Below are positions 29,301 through 39,725 of a stretch of DNA of 64,000 bases, piece by piece. Origin of the DNA: an uncultured Phycisphaerales bacterium (GTDB lineage Bacteria > Planctomycetota > Phycisphaerae > Phycisphaerales > SM1A02); the NCBI GenBank assembly GCA_938084645.1, contig CALKEP010000005.1, forward strand, positions 16,771-80,770, read 5' to 3'. The translations under genes were made by a program, and so were the position numbers. The notes below the pieces were generated by a model. The model had not been told where the DNA came from and did not search any database. It saw only the letters and a program-made list of their open reading frames with translations. Position 1 is the first letter of the stretch. The number at the start of each line of letters is the position of its first letter.

Positions 29301-32300
29301 TCAGGCCGAGGCGACGTCGATCTCGATTCGTTCGATCGAGGCCTTTCGATCGAAGATCGGGCGTGCTTCGGGGCCGTCGATCCGATCCCCTTCGATGATC
29401 CGGCGCTCGCCGTCGCGGTCGACGAGGGTGATCCGGCTCGAACCGGTTCCCCGCCGATAGATCACCGGGATTCCGCACAATTGGAACCCCAGGCCGTCGC
29501 TGGGAAGATCGACCGTTCGTGCCGCGGCGTGGTCGCCGGCGGGGATCGCCCATTCATCGGCGACGTCGAGCCACTCGTCGTCGAGCAGCAGCGTCGGCGT
29601 GAATCGGATGCCGCCGTCGTCGAGTCGGATGCCGAGCTCCATCCGGCGGGTGATCAACTCCTCCTTCACCTGGCCGGTCATGCCCGGTTGCTGCGCGCCG
29701 CGGTCACCGGGCGTGTGGGAGTAGGCGTCGATCGGCAGGGCGCCGAAGGCCGCCGCGGGTCGTCGGAAACCGAGGCCGTCCCTCACTCGGTGGTACGCGT
29801 CGTGAAGACGGGAGCGCACCGATTCGGGGGCGCTCACGTCCTCGGCGTGTTCGACGCACTCGCCAGCCGCGACGAGGAGTTTCGCGACCATGTGCCAGTA
29901 GGTGCAGCCGATGCCTTCATAGCCGTACATGCCGCCCGACCGTCCGGTGAACCGGTGATGATCGAATATCCGTTCGTAGAGGTCGATCGCGGCGACGCCG
30001 TGTGACTTGACCGAACCTGCGTGCGTCTTCTCCCGGGCGAGTTCCTCGAGTATCGACTCCAGGTCCCGTCGGTTGCGAAGGTCGGTCGCGAAACGGACCG
30101 TTCCGTCGCCGTCGCGCTCGACGAGTCTCCGGTCACCACTCGCCACGAGGCCGGCGATCAGTGGATTTCCCGCGACGGAAGCGGCGTCGATCACGCCCTT
30201 CTCGATCAGAGGCGGGATCTCACGCACCGGATAGAGCAGGAACGTGTCGTGATCCGTGCGGTGGAGGGGCGAGGTGAACAGCGTCTCGAGGAGCGTCGCC
30301 GCTTCCTCGGGATCGAGCACGCCGGCGGACAGCACCGCGACCTGTCCCTCCAGCATCTCGGGAAGGTGATGAACCGTCGCGGTCCGGTCGTCGAAGGAGA
30401 CGAGGTTGTAGCCGTGGTAGAGGCCGTCCGCCCGTCGGTTGGCGGCGATCGCGTGGTCGAGCCATCGCAGGGCCGTCTCGCAGGCCGCGGCGAGTTCCTC
30501 GCCGGTCGTGGCGTCGACGGTCGCCGGTCCCTGCAGACGATGTCGATAGCGTTCGAACGCGAGTCCGAGCGTGTCGACGATGCGACGTCGCTCGAGATCC
30601 CCGATGCTCGGATCGTCGAGCAGGGGGGCGTTGTCCACGAGGACCTTGCCGACTTCCCGGAACCAGTCGAGGACGCGATCGGTCACGGCCAGCGACCCTT
30701 CGTGGCCGCGGAACAGATCGGCGAGCAGGGCGAGATGGCGGCGGAGGTAGGAGGCGGTGACCATCGAGAGGCCGTAGCCCGCGAGGGCGTTGTTCGCGTC
30801 GTTCCACTCCGGACGCTGCGTGTTCATCCAGACCCCGCCGTCGGGGATGAACGACGAGAGCTTCGAGAGCACCGGAATCAGCAGCTTCTCGGCGAGGGTC
30901 ACGTGGACGACGCCCGCGTCGTCGTGCACGAGGCGACCGTCCGCCCCCAGTCGGTCGGCCCGTGCGATCGCGGTGGCGTGGGCCTCCTGGTCGAAGGTGA
31001 TCGTGTTGCGGGGATCGTCGACCAGCGACGCGTGGTCGGCGAGCCGGTAGGGGACATCGGCGTGGGAGAAGATCGGGCGGTCGAGCCAGGTCGCGAGATG
31101 GTCCGGATCAAGCCTGTTCGAGAGTTCGAGCAACCGGGTGAGGTAGCCGATCTGATGATCGCCCCAGTAGCCGATGTTGCTCCACGGATTGTCGGGTTCG
31201 GGAGCCTCCCAGTCGATCCCCTCGCGGGTGATCCGGTACGGGTTGAAGCCGTCGGGGGTCGAGGCGTTGACGAACTTCGCGATCACGTGGTCGATCCAGC
31301 CCGGATTCGAGAACGTGAGCGCCTCCCAGTTCTGGAAGATGTCGCGCCAGTTGCCTTCGTAGGTCAGTCGTCTCGAGCCGTCCGCGTGCTTGACCCGGAT
31401 GTTGAAGGCGTTCCATGGTCGACTCGGATCGCCATGCCGCCGACCGAACCAGACCGGGAGATACTCCCAGGCGATCCGTTCGAGCGAGGGATCGTCGAAC
31501 GCCGCCGCCTCCTCGACCAGGGTGCGGCGGTCGATCACCGCATCGGCGGCGCGGGCATCGAGCCACGCCCGGTGCCGAAGGGCGACATCCGCGTTGCGGT
31601 GGCGGCAGAATTCCGCCCAGTCCCCCCAGGGAAGGTCGACGCCGTCGGTGAACACGCCGCCCCGCATGTCGTTGAACAGGGTGTTGGTGCGATGATGGGC
31701 GTCGAGGATCGGATCGCCCGTCCGTTGAATGCCGTCGGTGTCGACCAGGATCGCATCGATCGCCCGGGTCGAGTCGGCGATCTCGCGGGTGAGCGATGCG
31801 GCCAGATCCTCGTCTCCGGTCAGCCGGCGGCGAATGCCCGCGACCTCCGCCTGCGTCCGGTGGACGTCCGCGACCACCGACCAGGTCGAGGTCTCGTTCG
31901 TCCCGAGCACCAGGCGGGCGTGCACCAGGTAGGCGGCGGCGCGTCCGCGGAGGATCGAGGTCGCTTCGACCGTCTCGCCGCGGATGAAGGCGTCGATCGA
32001 ATCGGAATCGAGCGAGACCGTCGCGTCCGGGAGTCCGGTCGACCAGACCGTGGTCGACCGCAGTGATTCGGCGGGTTCGGCCCGGTCGACCAACGCCGAT
32101 TCCATGGTGACGGTGGCCAGGTCGGATCCGTCCAGGAGTTCGGCCCGGGTGTAGGCGTTGACCAGGCAGCTCATGGACTGCATCACCCCGAGCTCGGCCC
32201 CGCCCGCGACGAGTTCCCGCAGGCCGTCGAGGATCTCGACGTCGAGTTCCCGTGGCCCTGTTCCATCCCGCTCGACGGTCACGGTTCGGACGAATCCGGA

Positions 32301-32711
32301 AGCGTCGCTGAAGGACCACCACGCGCGGACCGTGAGTCCGAGGGTCGGATTGCGTTCCTCGAACACGATCCGATCGCCCGACACCGACCGGGCGAGGTCA
32401 CGGGTGACGCCCGGCGTCGGTCGAGTTGTGAAGGGCTCCCAGACCAGGTCGCCGACGCGGATGCCGGTCCACGGACCCGAGAAGGCGTGGACCCGATGGA
32501 GAAGGTCGTCGGTCCGGTAGGGAAAGAGGCAGTGGCCGCTGTCGACGCGACCCGCGCTCAGGCCGCCGTTCGAGGAGACGTAGAGCCAGTGTTCGGACGG
32601 GCTGACGACGGTGACGAGGAAGGGGGGCATTCGGTCGACGTTCGGAACGCGGTAGCACGCGATGCCGTCGATCTCGCAGAGGCCTTCACGGTGGTCTGTT
32701 TCGGAGCGCAT
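29301..32711 (-). CDS. Glycoside phosphorylase, probably a GH149-type beta-1,3-glucan phosphorylase (~1136 aa)
   Basis: RRHGDPSRPWN, YEGNWRDIFQNWE, NIGYWGDHQ, RPEWNDANNAL and QPGMTGQVKE motifs, recalled from GH149/GH161. Start set at ATG 32711. Confidence 0.8.
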   Translation of the reverse strand: MRSETDHREGLCEIDGIACYRVPNVDRMPPFLVTVVSPSEHWLYVSSNGGLSAGRVDSGHCLFPYRTDDLLHRVHAFSGPWTGIRVGDLVWEPFTTRPTPGVTRDLARSVSGDRIVFEERNPTLGLTVRAWWSFSDASGFVRTVTVERDGTGPRELDVEILDGLRELVAGGAELGVMQSMSCLVNAYTRAELLDGSDLATVTMESALVDRAEPAESLRSTTVWSTGLPDATVSLDSDSIDAFIRGETVEATSILRGRAAAYLVHARLVLGTNETSTWSVVADVHRTQAEVAGIRRRLTGDEDLAASLTREIADSTRAIDAILVDTDGIQRTGDPILDAHHRTNTLFNDMRGGVFTDGVDLPWGDWAEFCRHRNADVALRHRAWLDARAADAVIDRRTLVEEAAAFDDPSLERIAWEYLPVWFGRRHGDPSRPWNAFNIRVKHADGSRRLTYEGNWRDIFQNWEALTFSNPGWIDHVIAKFVNASTPDGFNPYRITREGIDWEAPEPDNPWSNIGYWGDHQIGYLTRLLELSNRLDPDHLATWLDRPIFSHADVPYRLADHASLVDDPRNTITFDQEAHATAIARADRLGADGRLVHDDAGVVHVTLAEKLLIPVLSKLSSFIPDGGVWMNTQRPEWNDANNALAGYGLSMVTASYLRRHLALLADLFRGHEGSLAVTDRVLDWFREVGKVLVDNAPLLDDPSIGDLERRRIVDTLGLAFERYRHRLQGPATVDATTGEELAAACETALRWLDHAIAANRRADGLYHGYNLVSFDDRTATVHHLPEMLEGQVAVLSAGVLDPEEAATLLETLFTSPLHRTDHDTFLLYPVREIPPLIEKGVIDAASVAGNPLIAGLVASGDRRLVERDGDGTVRFATDLRNRRDLESILEELAREKTHAGSVKSHGVAAIDLYERIFDHHRFTGRSGGMYGYEGIGCTYWHMVAKLLVAAGECVEHAEDVSAPESVRSRLHDAYHRVRDGLGFRRPAAAFGALPIDAYSHTPGDRGAQQPGMTGQVKEELITRRMELGIRLDDGGIRFTPTLLLDDEWLDVADEWAIPAGDHAAARTVDLPSDGLGFQLCGIPVIYRRGTGSSRITLVDRDGERRIIEGDRIDGPEARPIFDRKASIERIEIDVASA

Positions 32712-32818
32712 CTTCGAGGTCCGGGGGCGGGTCGGGGAAGTTCCGGAGTGTATCAGCGGCCTCCCGCGAATCGATGCGCCTTCCTTTCCCGGAGCTTCGC
32801 CTCCTCGATTCGCTCCGG

Positions 32819-33874
32819 TCAGGGAACGAGCCGGACGCGGGCACCGTCGACGGAGGCCGAACTCATGATCGCGTCGACGATCCGCTGGGTCTCGTGGGAT
32901 CGCTGGCCCCAGATCGGCTCCAGTGGACGGGCGCCTCGGGCGAGGTCGGAGAATCGTCGGATCATCTCCACCTCCTGCACGCAGTCCTCGATGGAGATTC
33001 GCTCGAGCCTTCGTTCGTGGACCAGGTCCTGTTCGGTGAGCTGGGACTCGGTCTCGAGCTGGATCACGGCTTCGGTCGGACTTCCGATCACGAAGTCGTC
33101 CATCCGCATCGATCCTTCGGGCCCGCAGATCTCCACCCATTGCGCGAGCGGATGCACGAAGGAGCACTGGATGAACGCATGCCGCACGCCGTCGCGGCCC
33201 GGGAAGTCCAGTTCGGCGGAGGAGTGGATCGGGATCGCGCCGTGCATTCGATGGTGACGGGCCCGCACCGAATCCGGCATCGCGCCCATGACCTCGAGCG
33301 CGATCCGAATGCAGTACCAGCCGAGATCGCCCACGCAGCCCAGCGGCTCCGTGTCCACGTCGCCGCGAATGTTGTTCTCGAAGAACGCCGCATCGCCCCG
33401 GAAACTGAATCGACTGGTCACGAGGTCCGGTTCCGGACCGAGGCGGTCCAGCGTCGATTCCACGCGTCGCATGCGCTCGTGGTGCATGAACATGAGGCCG
33501 TCCATGAACTGGACGCCCGCGTCGCGGCACGTTTCGATCATCACCTCCACGTCCGACGCGTTGGCGGCGACGGGCTTCTCGCACAGGACGTGCTTGCCGG
33601 CCTCCGCGGCTCGGATCGTCCACTCCCGGTGAAGGGTGGTCGGGAGTGGGATGTAGACCGCGTCGACCTCCGGATCCTCGAGCAGCGCCTCGTAGCCGTC
33701 GTGGGCGCGGTCGAGTCCGTGTTCCGCCCGGAACGCTTCCGCCTTCGATCGGGACCGGCTTGCGATCGCGAACGGCGTGGCGTTGTCCGCGAGGTGCATC
33801 GCGCGGACGTTCTTCCGTGCGATGGAGGCGGCGCCGAGAATCCCCCAGCGACAGGATGAGGCGACGTCGGTCAT
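32819..33874 (-). CDS. Gfo/Idh/MocA family oxidoreductase
   Basis: WGILGAASIA, DAVYIPLP and GKHVLCEKP motifs. Confidence 0.92.
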   Translation of the reverse strand: MTDVASSCRWGILGAASIARKNVRAMHLADNATPFAIASRSRSKAEAFRAEHGLDRAHDGYEALLEDPEVDAVYIPLPTTLHREWTIRAAEAGKHVLCEKPVAANASDVEVMIETCRDAGVQFMDGLMFMHHERMRRVESTLDRLGPEPDLVTSRFSFRGDAAFFENNIRGDVDTEPLGCVGDLGWYCIRIALEVMGAMPDSVRARHHRMHGAIPIHSSAELDFPGRDGVRHAFIQCSFVHPLAQWVEICGPEGSMRMDDFVIGSPTEAVIQLETESQLTEQDLVHERRLERISIEDCVQEVEMIRRFSDLARGARPLEPIWGQRSHETQRIVDAIMSSASVDGARVRLVP

Positions 33875-33988
33875 GCGTCGGACTCCCGGTGAGGATCGAA
33901 ATCCGGACGGGGCGGACGATCCGCCCCTCGGTCCCGCCGCAGCGTATCGAATCAGATCGATCTCGAGCAGTCCTCGATCAATCGATGT

Positions 33989-35107
33989 TCATTCGACGGC
34001 CACGATCCGCATTCGGTCGATTTCGACGACCCGACTCGCATCGTCCGCGTCGGACGTCTTCGGCGGGACTTCGACCAGCGTCGCGTCCAGGCGCATCGGC
34101 CGTCGCAGATCGACCTGAAGCCGGCCGCGTCCGTCCCCCTCGAGCCGATCGTCACCACGGCCGGCGTCGAGGGCCCTGCGGGTGTATTCGACGGAGAGCA
34201 CGGCCGTCTCGGCGACACCCGTGGCCGACACCGCGGCTTCGTCGACCCCGTCGAGGGTCCACGTCATCACCGTCTCGATCGTGCGGCGCTGGACGAGCGT
34301 GGTCCATCGGGCGGTCCAACTGGCGCCGACGCCCACTGGTCGATCCGGCAGCAGGGGTTCCGCGAGTCGCATCACAGACAGCAACCGTTCGACCTCGTAG
34401 TTCACGCGCGGGTTGGCCTGCTCGAGCTGGATGAGGCCGGAACCGGGAACGATGCCGGCGGTCGTGAACCGCTGCGCGATCGACGCGCCCGCGGTGCGGG
34501 ACGCGGCGTCGTCCTGGATCCGGGCGAGTTGTCGACTGCGTTCGAGGTTGGCCACGAAACGCGGCCGGTCGGTGGTTTGGTCCGTCGGGGCGGCGTCGGG
34601 CGGGACGCCGGCGGTCGATCCGTCATCGTCCTTCGACTCCCTGGAGACATCCGCATCCGTCACGGTCGATGCGTCGGAGATCGGCTCGCGGCTCGGTTCG
34701 GGTTCGACGCCGTGCAGACGAACGGCACCGTTCAGCACCCGCCACTGCGCCACGGGCGCTCCTCCACCAGTGACCGTGCGCAGCGATCCCTGCACGGTCC
34801 AGAGATATTCGAGGGGAGGCCGCTTCGTCGTGGTCATGGCCGCTTCCGGCGTGTCCGCCAGAAGTCGGCCGTTCTGCAGGCTGGAGAGCACGTTGCGGGA
34901 GCTGACCATGATCGTGCTGATCGAGGGTTCCGCGGGACGCCAGCGAAGCAGGACGAGCGTTCCCTCGCCCGGTTCGGTGATCTCGATCATCGGGACCCGC
35001 GTCCGATCCTCCGGAGCCGCCTGGCCCGCGGCCGTGGCGGTGATCGGGACCAGCGAGCACAGGAGGCCTGCGTGGACCGTGAATCGACGAAGTACGGATC
35101 TGATCAT
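33989..35107 (-). CDS. Exported hypothetical beta-rich protein
   Basis: Signal-peptide-like MIRSVLRRFTVHAGLLCSLVPITATA; LPDRPVGVGASW motif; fills the gap between identified genes. Confidence 0.6.
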   Translation of the reverse strand: MIRSVLRRFTVHAGLLCSLVPITATAAGQAAPEDRTRVPMIEITEPGEGTLVLLRWRPAEPSISTIMVSSRNVLSSLQNGRLLADTPEAAMTTTKRPPLEYLWTVQGSLRTVTGGGAPVAQWRVLNGAVRLHGVEPEPSREPISDASTVTDADVSRESKDDDGSTAGVPPDAAPTDQTTDRPRFVANLERSRQLARIQDDAASRTAGASIAQRFTTAGIVPGSGLIQLEQANPRVNYEVERLLSVMRLAEPLLPDRPVGVGASWTARWTTLVQRRTIETVMTWTLDGVDEAAVSATGVAETAVLSVEYTRRALDAGRGDDRLEGDGRGRLQVDLRRPMRLDATLVEVPPKTSDADDASRVVEIDRMRIVAVE

Positions 35108-35190
35108 GCAGGGAGGATGAACGATTCGCGGTGGCGGCACAAGGGAGCAAGGCTCGATTCCCTCGAATCCTCTCGCCGCAGGGGATGACG

Positions 35191-35874
35191 TCAGAACGGC
35201 GGTTCGGAGCGGAACGTGGCCGGAGATCCGTCGGCGGGATGGACGATCGACAACCTCGAGGCGTGGAGACAGAGCCGGTTCGTCGCGGTGCGCAGTGGAT
35301 CCGGTGCGTAGAGGTCGTCACCGAGAATCGGATGCCCGATCGACTTGAGATGAAGCCGAAGCTGGTGACTGCGTCCGGTCCGGGGCTCGAGCTCCAAGCG
35401 AGTGACGGCGGCTCGCGGATCCGCATCCGTGGAGGCGAGTCGTTCGTCGAGATCGCCCAGCACGCCGCGGCTGGTCACCCGCCATCGAGTGAGGCTCGGC
35501 TTTCCATGCTCGAAGTCGACGATCTGCCGAGGCGGATCGTCGAGGTCCTTGCGAATCGGAAGATCGATCGTGCCCGTGTCCTCGGTCGGAAGGCCGCCCA
35601 CCATCGCGTGATAGGTCTTCTCCGTCTCCCGGTCCTGAAACTGCCGACTGAGCTCGCGGTGGCATTCGGCATCGAGCGCCATCACGATCACGCCGCTCGT
35701 GTCCCGATCGAGGCGATGGACGATCCTCGCCTCCGGATGCACCGACTTGACGCGACTCGCCAGGCAATCCGCCTTTTCGGGCCCGATTCCCGGGACCGAG
35801 AGCAGGCCCGTCGGCTTGTCGAGCACGATCATCCGTTCGTCGAGGTGGATCACGGTCGGCAGCACGGGAATCAC
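35191..35874 (-). CDS. rluA: RluA family pseudouridine synthase
   Basis: DKPTGLLSVPG, HRLDRDTSG, TGRSHQLR and GHPILGDDLY. Confidence 0.93.
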   Translation of the reverse strand: MIPVLPTVIHLDERMIVLDKPTGLLSVPGIGPEKADCLASRVKSVHPEARIVHRLDRDTSGVIVMALDAECHRELSRQFQDRETEKTYHAMVGGLPTEDTGTIDLPIRKDLDDPPRQIVDFEHGKPSLTRWRVTSRGVLGDLDERLASTDADPRAAVTRLELEPRTGRSHQLRLHLKSIGHPILGDDLYAPDPLRTATNRLCLHASRLSIVHPADGSPATFRSEPPF

Positions 35875-36015
35875 CGGTTTGAGAGGGAAGAGGGGCGATC
35901 AGGGGAATCAGCGGCAGGGGACCGATAGACTACGGACTTCGATTCAAGCCCGCGTGATCGTGCTGCGATCACCCGGATCCATCCGACCCTCGGCCGCTCC
36001 GGAGCCTTCAGCGTC

Positions 36016-37236
36016 ATGACGTCACATGCCCTCGCTTTTCCGACCGCAGCGTCGGGCCTTCTCCTCGCCGCGTCGATCGTGCAGGCCGCGCCACCGTCGC
36101 CGGGAACGTCGACCGACTGGAGCGTCGACGAGGCATCGATTCTCGTCGATCCCGTCCAGCTCACCTTCAACGACCGGTTCGTCAAGGCGGGTGAGTCCTA
36201 CTTCTCGCCCGACGGGAAGCGTGTGATCTTCCAGGCGGTGGAGCAGACGTCCGGAACGCCACCCGAGGACTTCTACGCGATGTTCGTGGCGGACATCGTC
36301 CGAGATGATTCCGGAAGGACACGGTCGCTCGAGAACATCCGCAGGATCTCGCCGGAAGGATCGGCGAACACCTGCGGCTGGTTTCATCCCGTGGATCCCG
36401 ACATCGTGATCTTCGGCACCACCCTCGAGCCGCCCTCGGACGAGACGCCGCCGGGATACCAGCGGGGGAGTGGACGGTACCGATGGCAGTTCCCGCCCGA
36501 GATGCGGATCGTGGCCACCGATCTCAGCGTCAACGACGGCACCGTGGACACCCTTGATCAGCTGGTGGGCGACGGTACCAACTACGTCGCGGAGGGCAGC
36601 TTCTCCCCGGACGGGCGTCATCTGCTCTACACCTCGCTCGAAGCCGGTCAGGGCGACATCTTCGTGAAGGATCTCGCCACCGGAATCACCGTGCACCTCG
36701 TCGCGGCCCCGGGATACGACGGCGGCCCGTTCTTCTCCCCCGACGGACGGCGCATCGCGTATCGGAGCGACCGGCACGCCAACAACCTCCTGCAGGTCTT
36801 CGTCGCGGACCTCGACTTCGACGACTCCGGAACGATCGTCGGCATCGAGCGGGAGATCCAGGTCACCGACGACGGCCACGTGAACTGGTGCCCATTCTGG
36901 CATCCCGACGGACGGCACCTCGTCTTCGCGACCAGCGCGGTGGGACACCGGAACTACGAAGTGTTCCAGGTCGATGCCGCGGGCGATTCGACGGCTTCCC
37001 CGCCGTCGATGAAGTACGGCACCGGTCTTCGTCGCGTCACCTTCGGCCCCGGCGCCGACGTGCTGCCCGCGTTCGACGCCGACGGCACCGAGATGATCTG
37101 GACCAGCAAGCGAGGGCCCACCGACACGAGCCAGCTCTGGGTGGCGGGTTTCGCGGCGGATCTCGCCTCACCGAGTGCCGGGACTCCCGGTGGATCGGGT
37201 CGTCCCGAGCCGCGGAAGGAGACCGCGCAACCGTGA
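36016..37236 (+). CDS. TolB-like beta-propeller (PD40 repeat) exported protein
   Basis: Repeated FSPDG motifs (AGESYFSPDG, YDGGPFFSPDG, PFWHPDG); signal peptide. Confidence 0.88.
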   Translation: MTSHALAFPTAASGLLLAASIVQAAPPSPGTSTDWSVDEASILVDPVQLTFNDRFVKAGESYFSPDGKRVIFQAVEQTSGTPPEDFYAMFVADIVRDDSGRTRSLENIRRISPEGSANTCGWFHPVDPDIVIFGTTLEPPSDETPPGYQRGSGRYRWQFPPEMRIVATDLSVNDGTVDTLDQLVGDGTNYVAEGSFSPDGRHLLYTSLEAGQGDIFVKDLATGITVHLVAAPGYDGGPFFSPDGRRIAYRSDRHANNLLQVFVADLDFDDSGTIVGIEREIQVTDDGHVNWCPFWHPDGRHLVFATSAVGHRNYEVFQVDAAGDSTASPPSMKYGTGLRRVTFGPGADVLPAFDADGTEMIWTSKRGPTDTSQLWVAGFAADLASPSAGTPGGSGRPEPRKETAQP

Positions 37237-38942
37237 TCGACTCGACGCCGTCTCCGATCGACGATCGCCGGTACCTGGTGCCGTTCAGATCCGCACTGCT
37301 TCCGCAGCTCTTCGCGGACGTGCTGGTGATCGGAAGCGGCGCCGCGGGACTCCGGGCCGCGACGGTGGCGGCGGAGGCCGGGCGTGACGTGGTGGTGCTG
37401 TCGAATCGCGAGGCGACACTGTCGTCCACCGCGTGGGCGCAGGGCGGGATCGCCGCGGCGATGGATGCCGCCGATCATCCGGAGGCGCATGCCCGCGACA
37501 CGATCGAGGCCGGCGCGGGGCTCTGCGACGAACCTCGCGTTCGACTGCTCTGCGACGGTGCGCCGGACGAGATGGACCGACTCCTCGAGTGGGGAATGCG
37601 TTTCGACCGGGAATCCGACGGTGGACTCAGCCTCGGCCGCGAAGGCGGTCATCGCCACAATCGAATCCTGCACACCGACGGCGCGGCCACCGGGCAGGCG
37701 CTCTCCGCGTGTCTGCTCGCCAAGGCGAGGTCGTTCGAGAATCTCCGCATCTTCGAGTCCTGCACCGCGATCGATCTGCTCACCGCGGACGAAGCGCCCG
37801 GCGCGCCGGTGACCGGCGTGCTCACGCATCATCCACGACACGGGCTCCAGGTGATCTGGGCCGCGTCGGTGGTCCTGGCCGGCGGCGGGGCGGGGCGGCT
37901 CTTTCGAGAGACGACGAACCCCTCCACCGCGACCGGTGAAGCGATGGCGATGGCCTTCCGGGCCGGTGCCCTCGTCGCGGACGCCGAGTTCGTCCAGTTC
38001 CATCCGACCACGCTCTACGTGGCGGGCTCGGGTCGCGCCCTCATGAGTGAAGCGGTGCGCGGCGAAGGCGGCCGTCTGCTCGACCGGCGAGGGGTGCCGA
38101 TCATGGACGGGGTGCATGAACTCGGCGATCTGGCCCCGCGTGACGTGGTCACCGCCCAGATCGCGAAGGTCCTCGCCGAGACCGGAGATCCGTGCGTCTA
38201 TCTCGACGCGACGCGACTCGAAGGGGGGCTCGCCGCCCGATTCCCCACCCTGGCGGCATCGCTGGCGGAATTCGAGATCGATCCCGACACCACGCCGATC
38301 CCCGTTCATCCCGCGGCGCACTACACGATCGGCGGGGTCGCGACCGACGAGGACGGCGCGACCTCGGTCCCCGGGCTCTTCGCCTGCGGGGAAGTGACCG
38401 CGACCGGCGTCCACGGGGCGAATCGTCTCGCCAGCAACTCCCTGCTCGAGGGACTCGTGTTCGGAGCCCGGGCCGGTGCCGCCGCCGCCGCCACCGAGGA
38501 TTCGGGACGTCGGCCGCGACTGGTGGCGGAGGCGCCGCAGGGCCGGGCCGGGGAACTCGATCTGGTCGACGTGCGGGCGAGCCTTCGAAGCGCGATGTGG
38601 CGGAACGTGGGCATCGAACGCGATGGTGGCAAACTCGGCGATGCGCTCGAGATGATCGACTTCTGGGGTCGGTACTGCCTCGACAAGACCTTCGACGATC
38701 CCGACGGCTGGCGGATGCAGGGAATGCTCGCGGCGGCCCGGTTGATCGTTCGTGGCGCGATGGTGCGTACGGAGTCGCGCGGCACCCATCGCCGCTCCGA
38801 TCATCCCGGCCGAAACGCCGGCTTCGAGGTCCGTTTCGCGTGGCGACGGGGTCGGGTCGATCCCGAAGTGCTTCCGGTGGCGAGACTGGCCGCCGACGAA
38901 TCGGACGTCAATCCCGTCGGCGATCGCGTGGTGGGCGGATGA
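37233..38942 (+). CDS. nadB: L-aspartate oxidase
   Basis: IGSGAAG, AQGGIA, REGGH, QFHPT, SEAVRGEG and GVHGANRLASNSLLEG. GTG start overlaps the upstream stop. Confidence 0.95.
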   Translation: MIDSTPSPIDDRRYLVPFRSALLPQLFADVLVIGSGAAGLRAATVAAEAGRDVVVLSNREATLSSTAWAQGGIAAAMDAADHPEAHARDTIEAGAGLCDEPRVRLLCDGAPDEMDRLLEWGMRFDRESDGGLSLGREGGHRHNRILHTDGAATGQALSACLLAKARSFENLRIFESCTAIDLLTADEAPGAPVTGVLTHHPRHGLQVIWAASVVLAGGGAGRLFRETTNPSTATGEAMAMAFRAGALVADAEFVQFHPTTLYVAGSGRALMSEAVRGEGGRLLDRRGVPIMDGVHELGDLAPRDVVTAQIAKVLAETGDPCVYLDATRLEGGLAARFPTLAASLAEFEIDPDTTPIPVHPAAHYTIGGVATDEDGATSVPGLFACGEVTATGVHGANRLASNSLLEGLVFGARAGAAAAATEDSGRRPRLVAEAPQGRAGELDLVDVRASLRSAMWRNVGIERDGGKLGDALEMIDFWGRYCLDKTFDDPDGWRMQGMLAAARLIVRGAMVRTESRGTHRRSDHPGRNAGFEVRFAWRRGRVDPEVLPVARLAADESDVNPVGDRVVGG

Positions 38943-39685
38943 GTCGTCGCCCGCACGTACCAGGTCGGGCATGGTTCGCGGCGGCGATCTTCGGATCGTC
39001 GATGGCCGGCTCGGGATGCGAGACCGTCGTCACCGAGTATCACAAGCGCCCGAGCTTCTACCGGATGGCCAGCGACAAGGAACTGGTCGACGAGTACGTC
39101 GACGCCCGCGGTCATCGGGTGGTGTTCGTCGAGGACGGCCCGTTGCCCGAGGAACAGCGCCGGATCGACGAAGCCGCCCTCGCCCGCGAGGAGGCCAAGC
39201 GCCTCGAACGGGCTCGCATCAGGTCGGAGGCCATCCGGGCGGGCAAGCCGATTCCCCCCGAGGGTCTCGAGCCGGAGGAGCCTCAGGCCTTCATGGCGAG
39301 AGAGGTGCTCGACGACGGTTCCGTGGTGATGCGGGCGCTGCTCCCCGATCACGTGCTGGCCAACACCATGACGTCGCTTCGAAACCAGGAGTACGTCCAG
39401 CTCTGGGAGCAGGTGGTCGCGGAGTCGACCAAGCGGCAGTACGCGGCCGAGGGCATGGGCGTCGAGGACTTCGTGCGGTACTGCACCAAGAACCGATCCG
39501 AACTCATGATGACCTTGAACCGGATGAGCTTCGGTTACTACGGCGGTTCGGACGTGGTGCTGGATCGACTTCCGGATCTCTCGGTCCGGATGCGGTTCTC
39601 GAACAAGATCGCGTCGCAGTTCAAGTTCCGCGAGATCTACGTGGTGCAGGAGCGGGACGGCCTGAAGCTCGCCGGCATCAGATGA
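38939..39685 (+). CDS. Hypothetical protein, possible lipoprotein
   Basis: ATGA overlap with nadB; N-terminus ends in a GSGC lipobox-like motif; protein-like composition. Confidence 0.7.
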   Translation: MSRRPHVPGRAWFAAAIFGSSMAGSGCETVVTEYHKRPSFYRMASDKELVDEYVDARGHRVVFVEDGPLPEEQRRIDEAALAREEAKRLERARIRSEAIRAGKPIPPEGLEPEEPQAFMAREVLDDGSVVMRALLPDHVLANTMTSLRNQEYVQLWEQVVAESTKRQYAAEGMGVEDFVRYCTKNRSELMMTLNRMSFGYYGGSDVVLDRLPDLSVRMRFSNKIASQFKFREIYVVQERDGLKLAGIR

Positions 39686-39725
39686 CGCTCGATTGAACGC
39701 GTGTCGCGTGGCGTCGCCGCCGGTC

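Noticed and set aside
32712..33623. Apparent 300-aa N-terminal extension of the phosphorylase (ORF 29301..33623)
   Set aside because: It overlaps the Gfo/Idh/MocA gene in another frame and is Arg/Pro-rich noise; the true start is near 32711.
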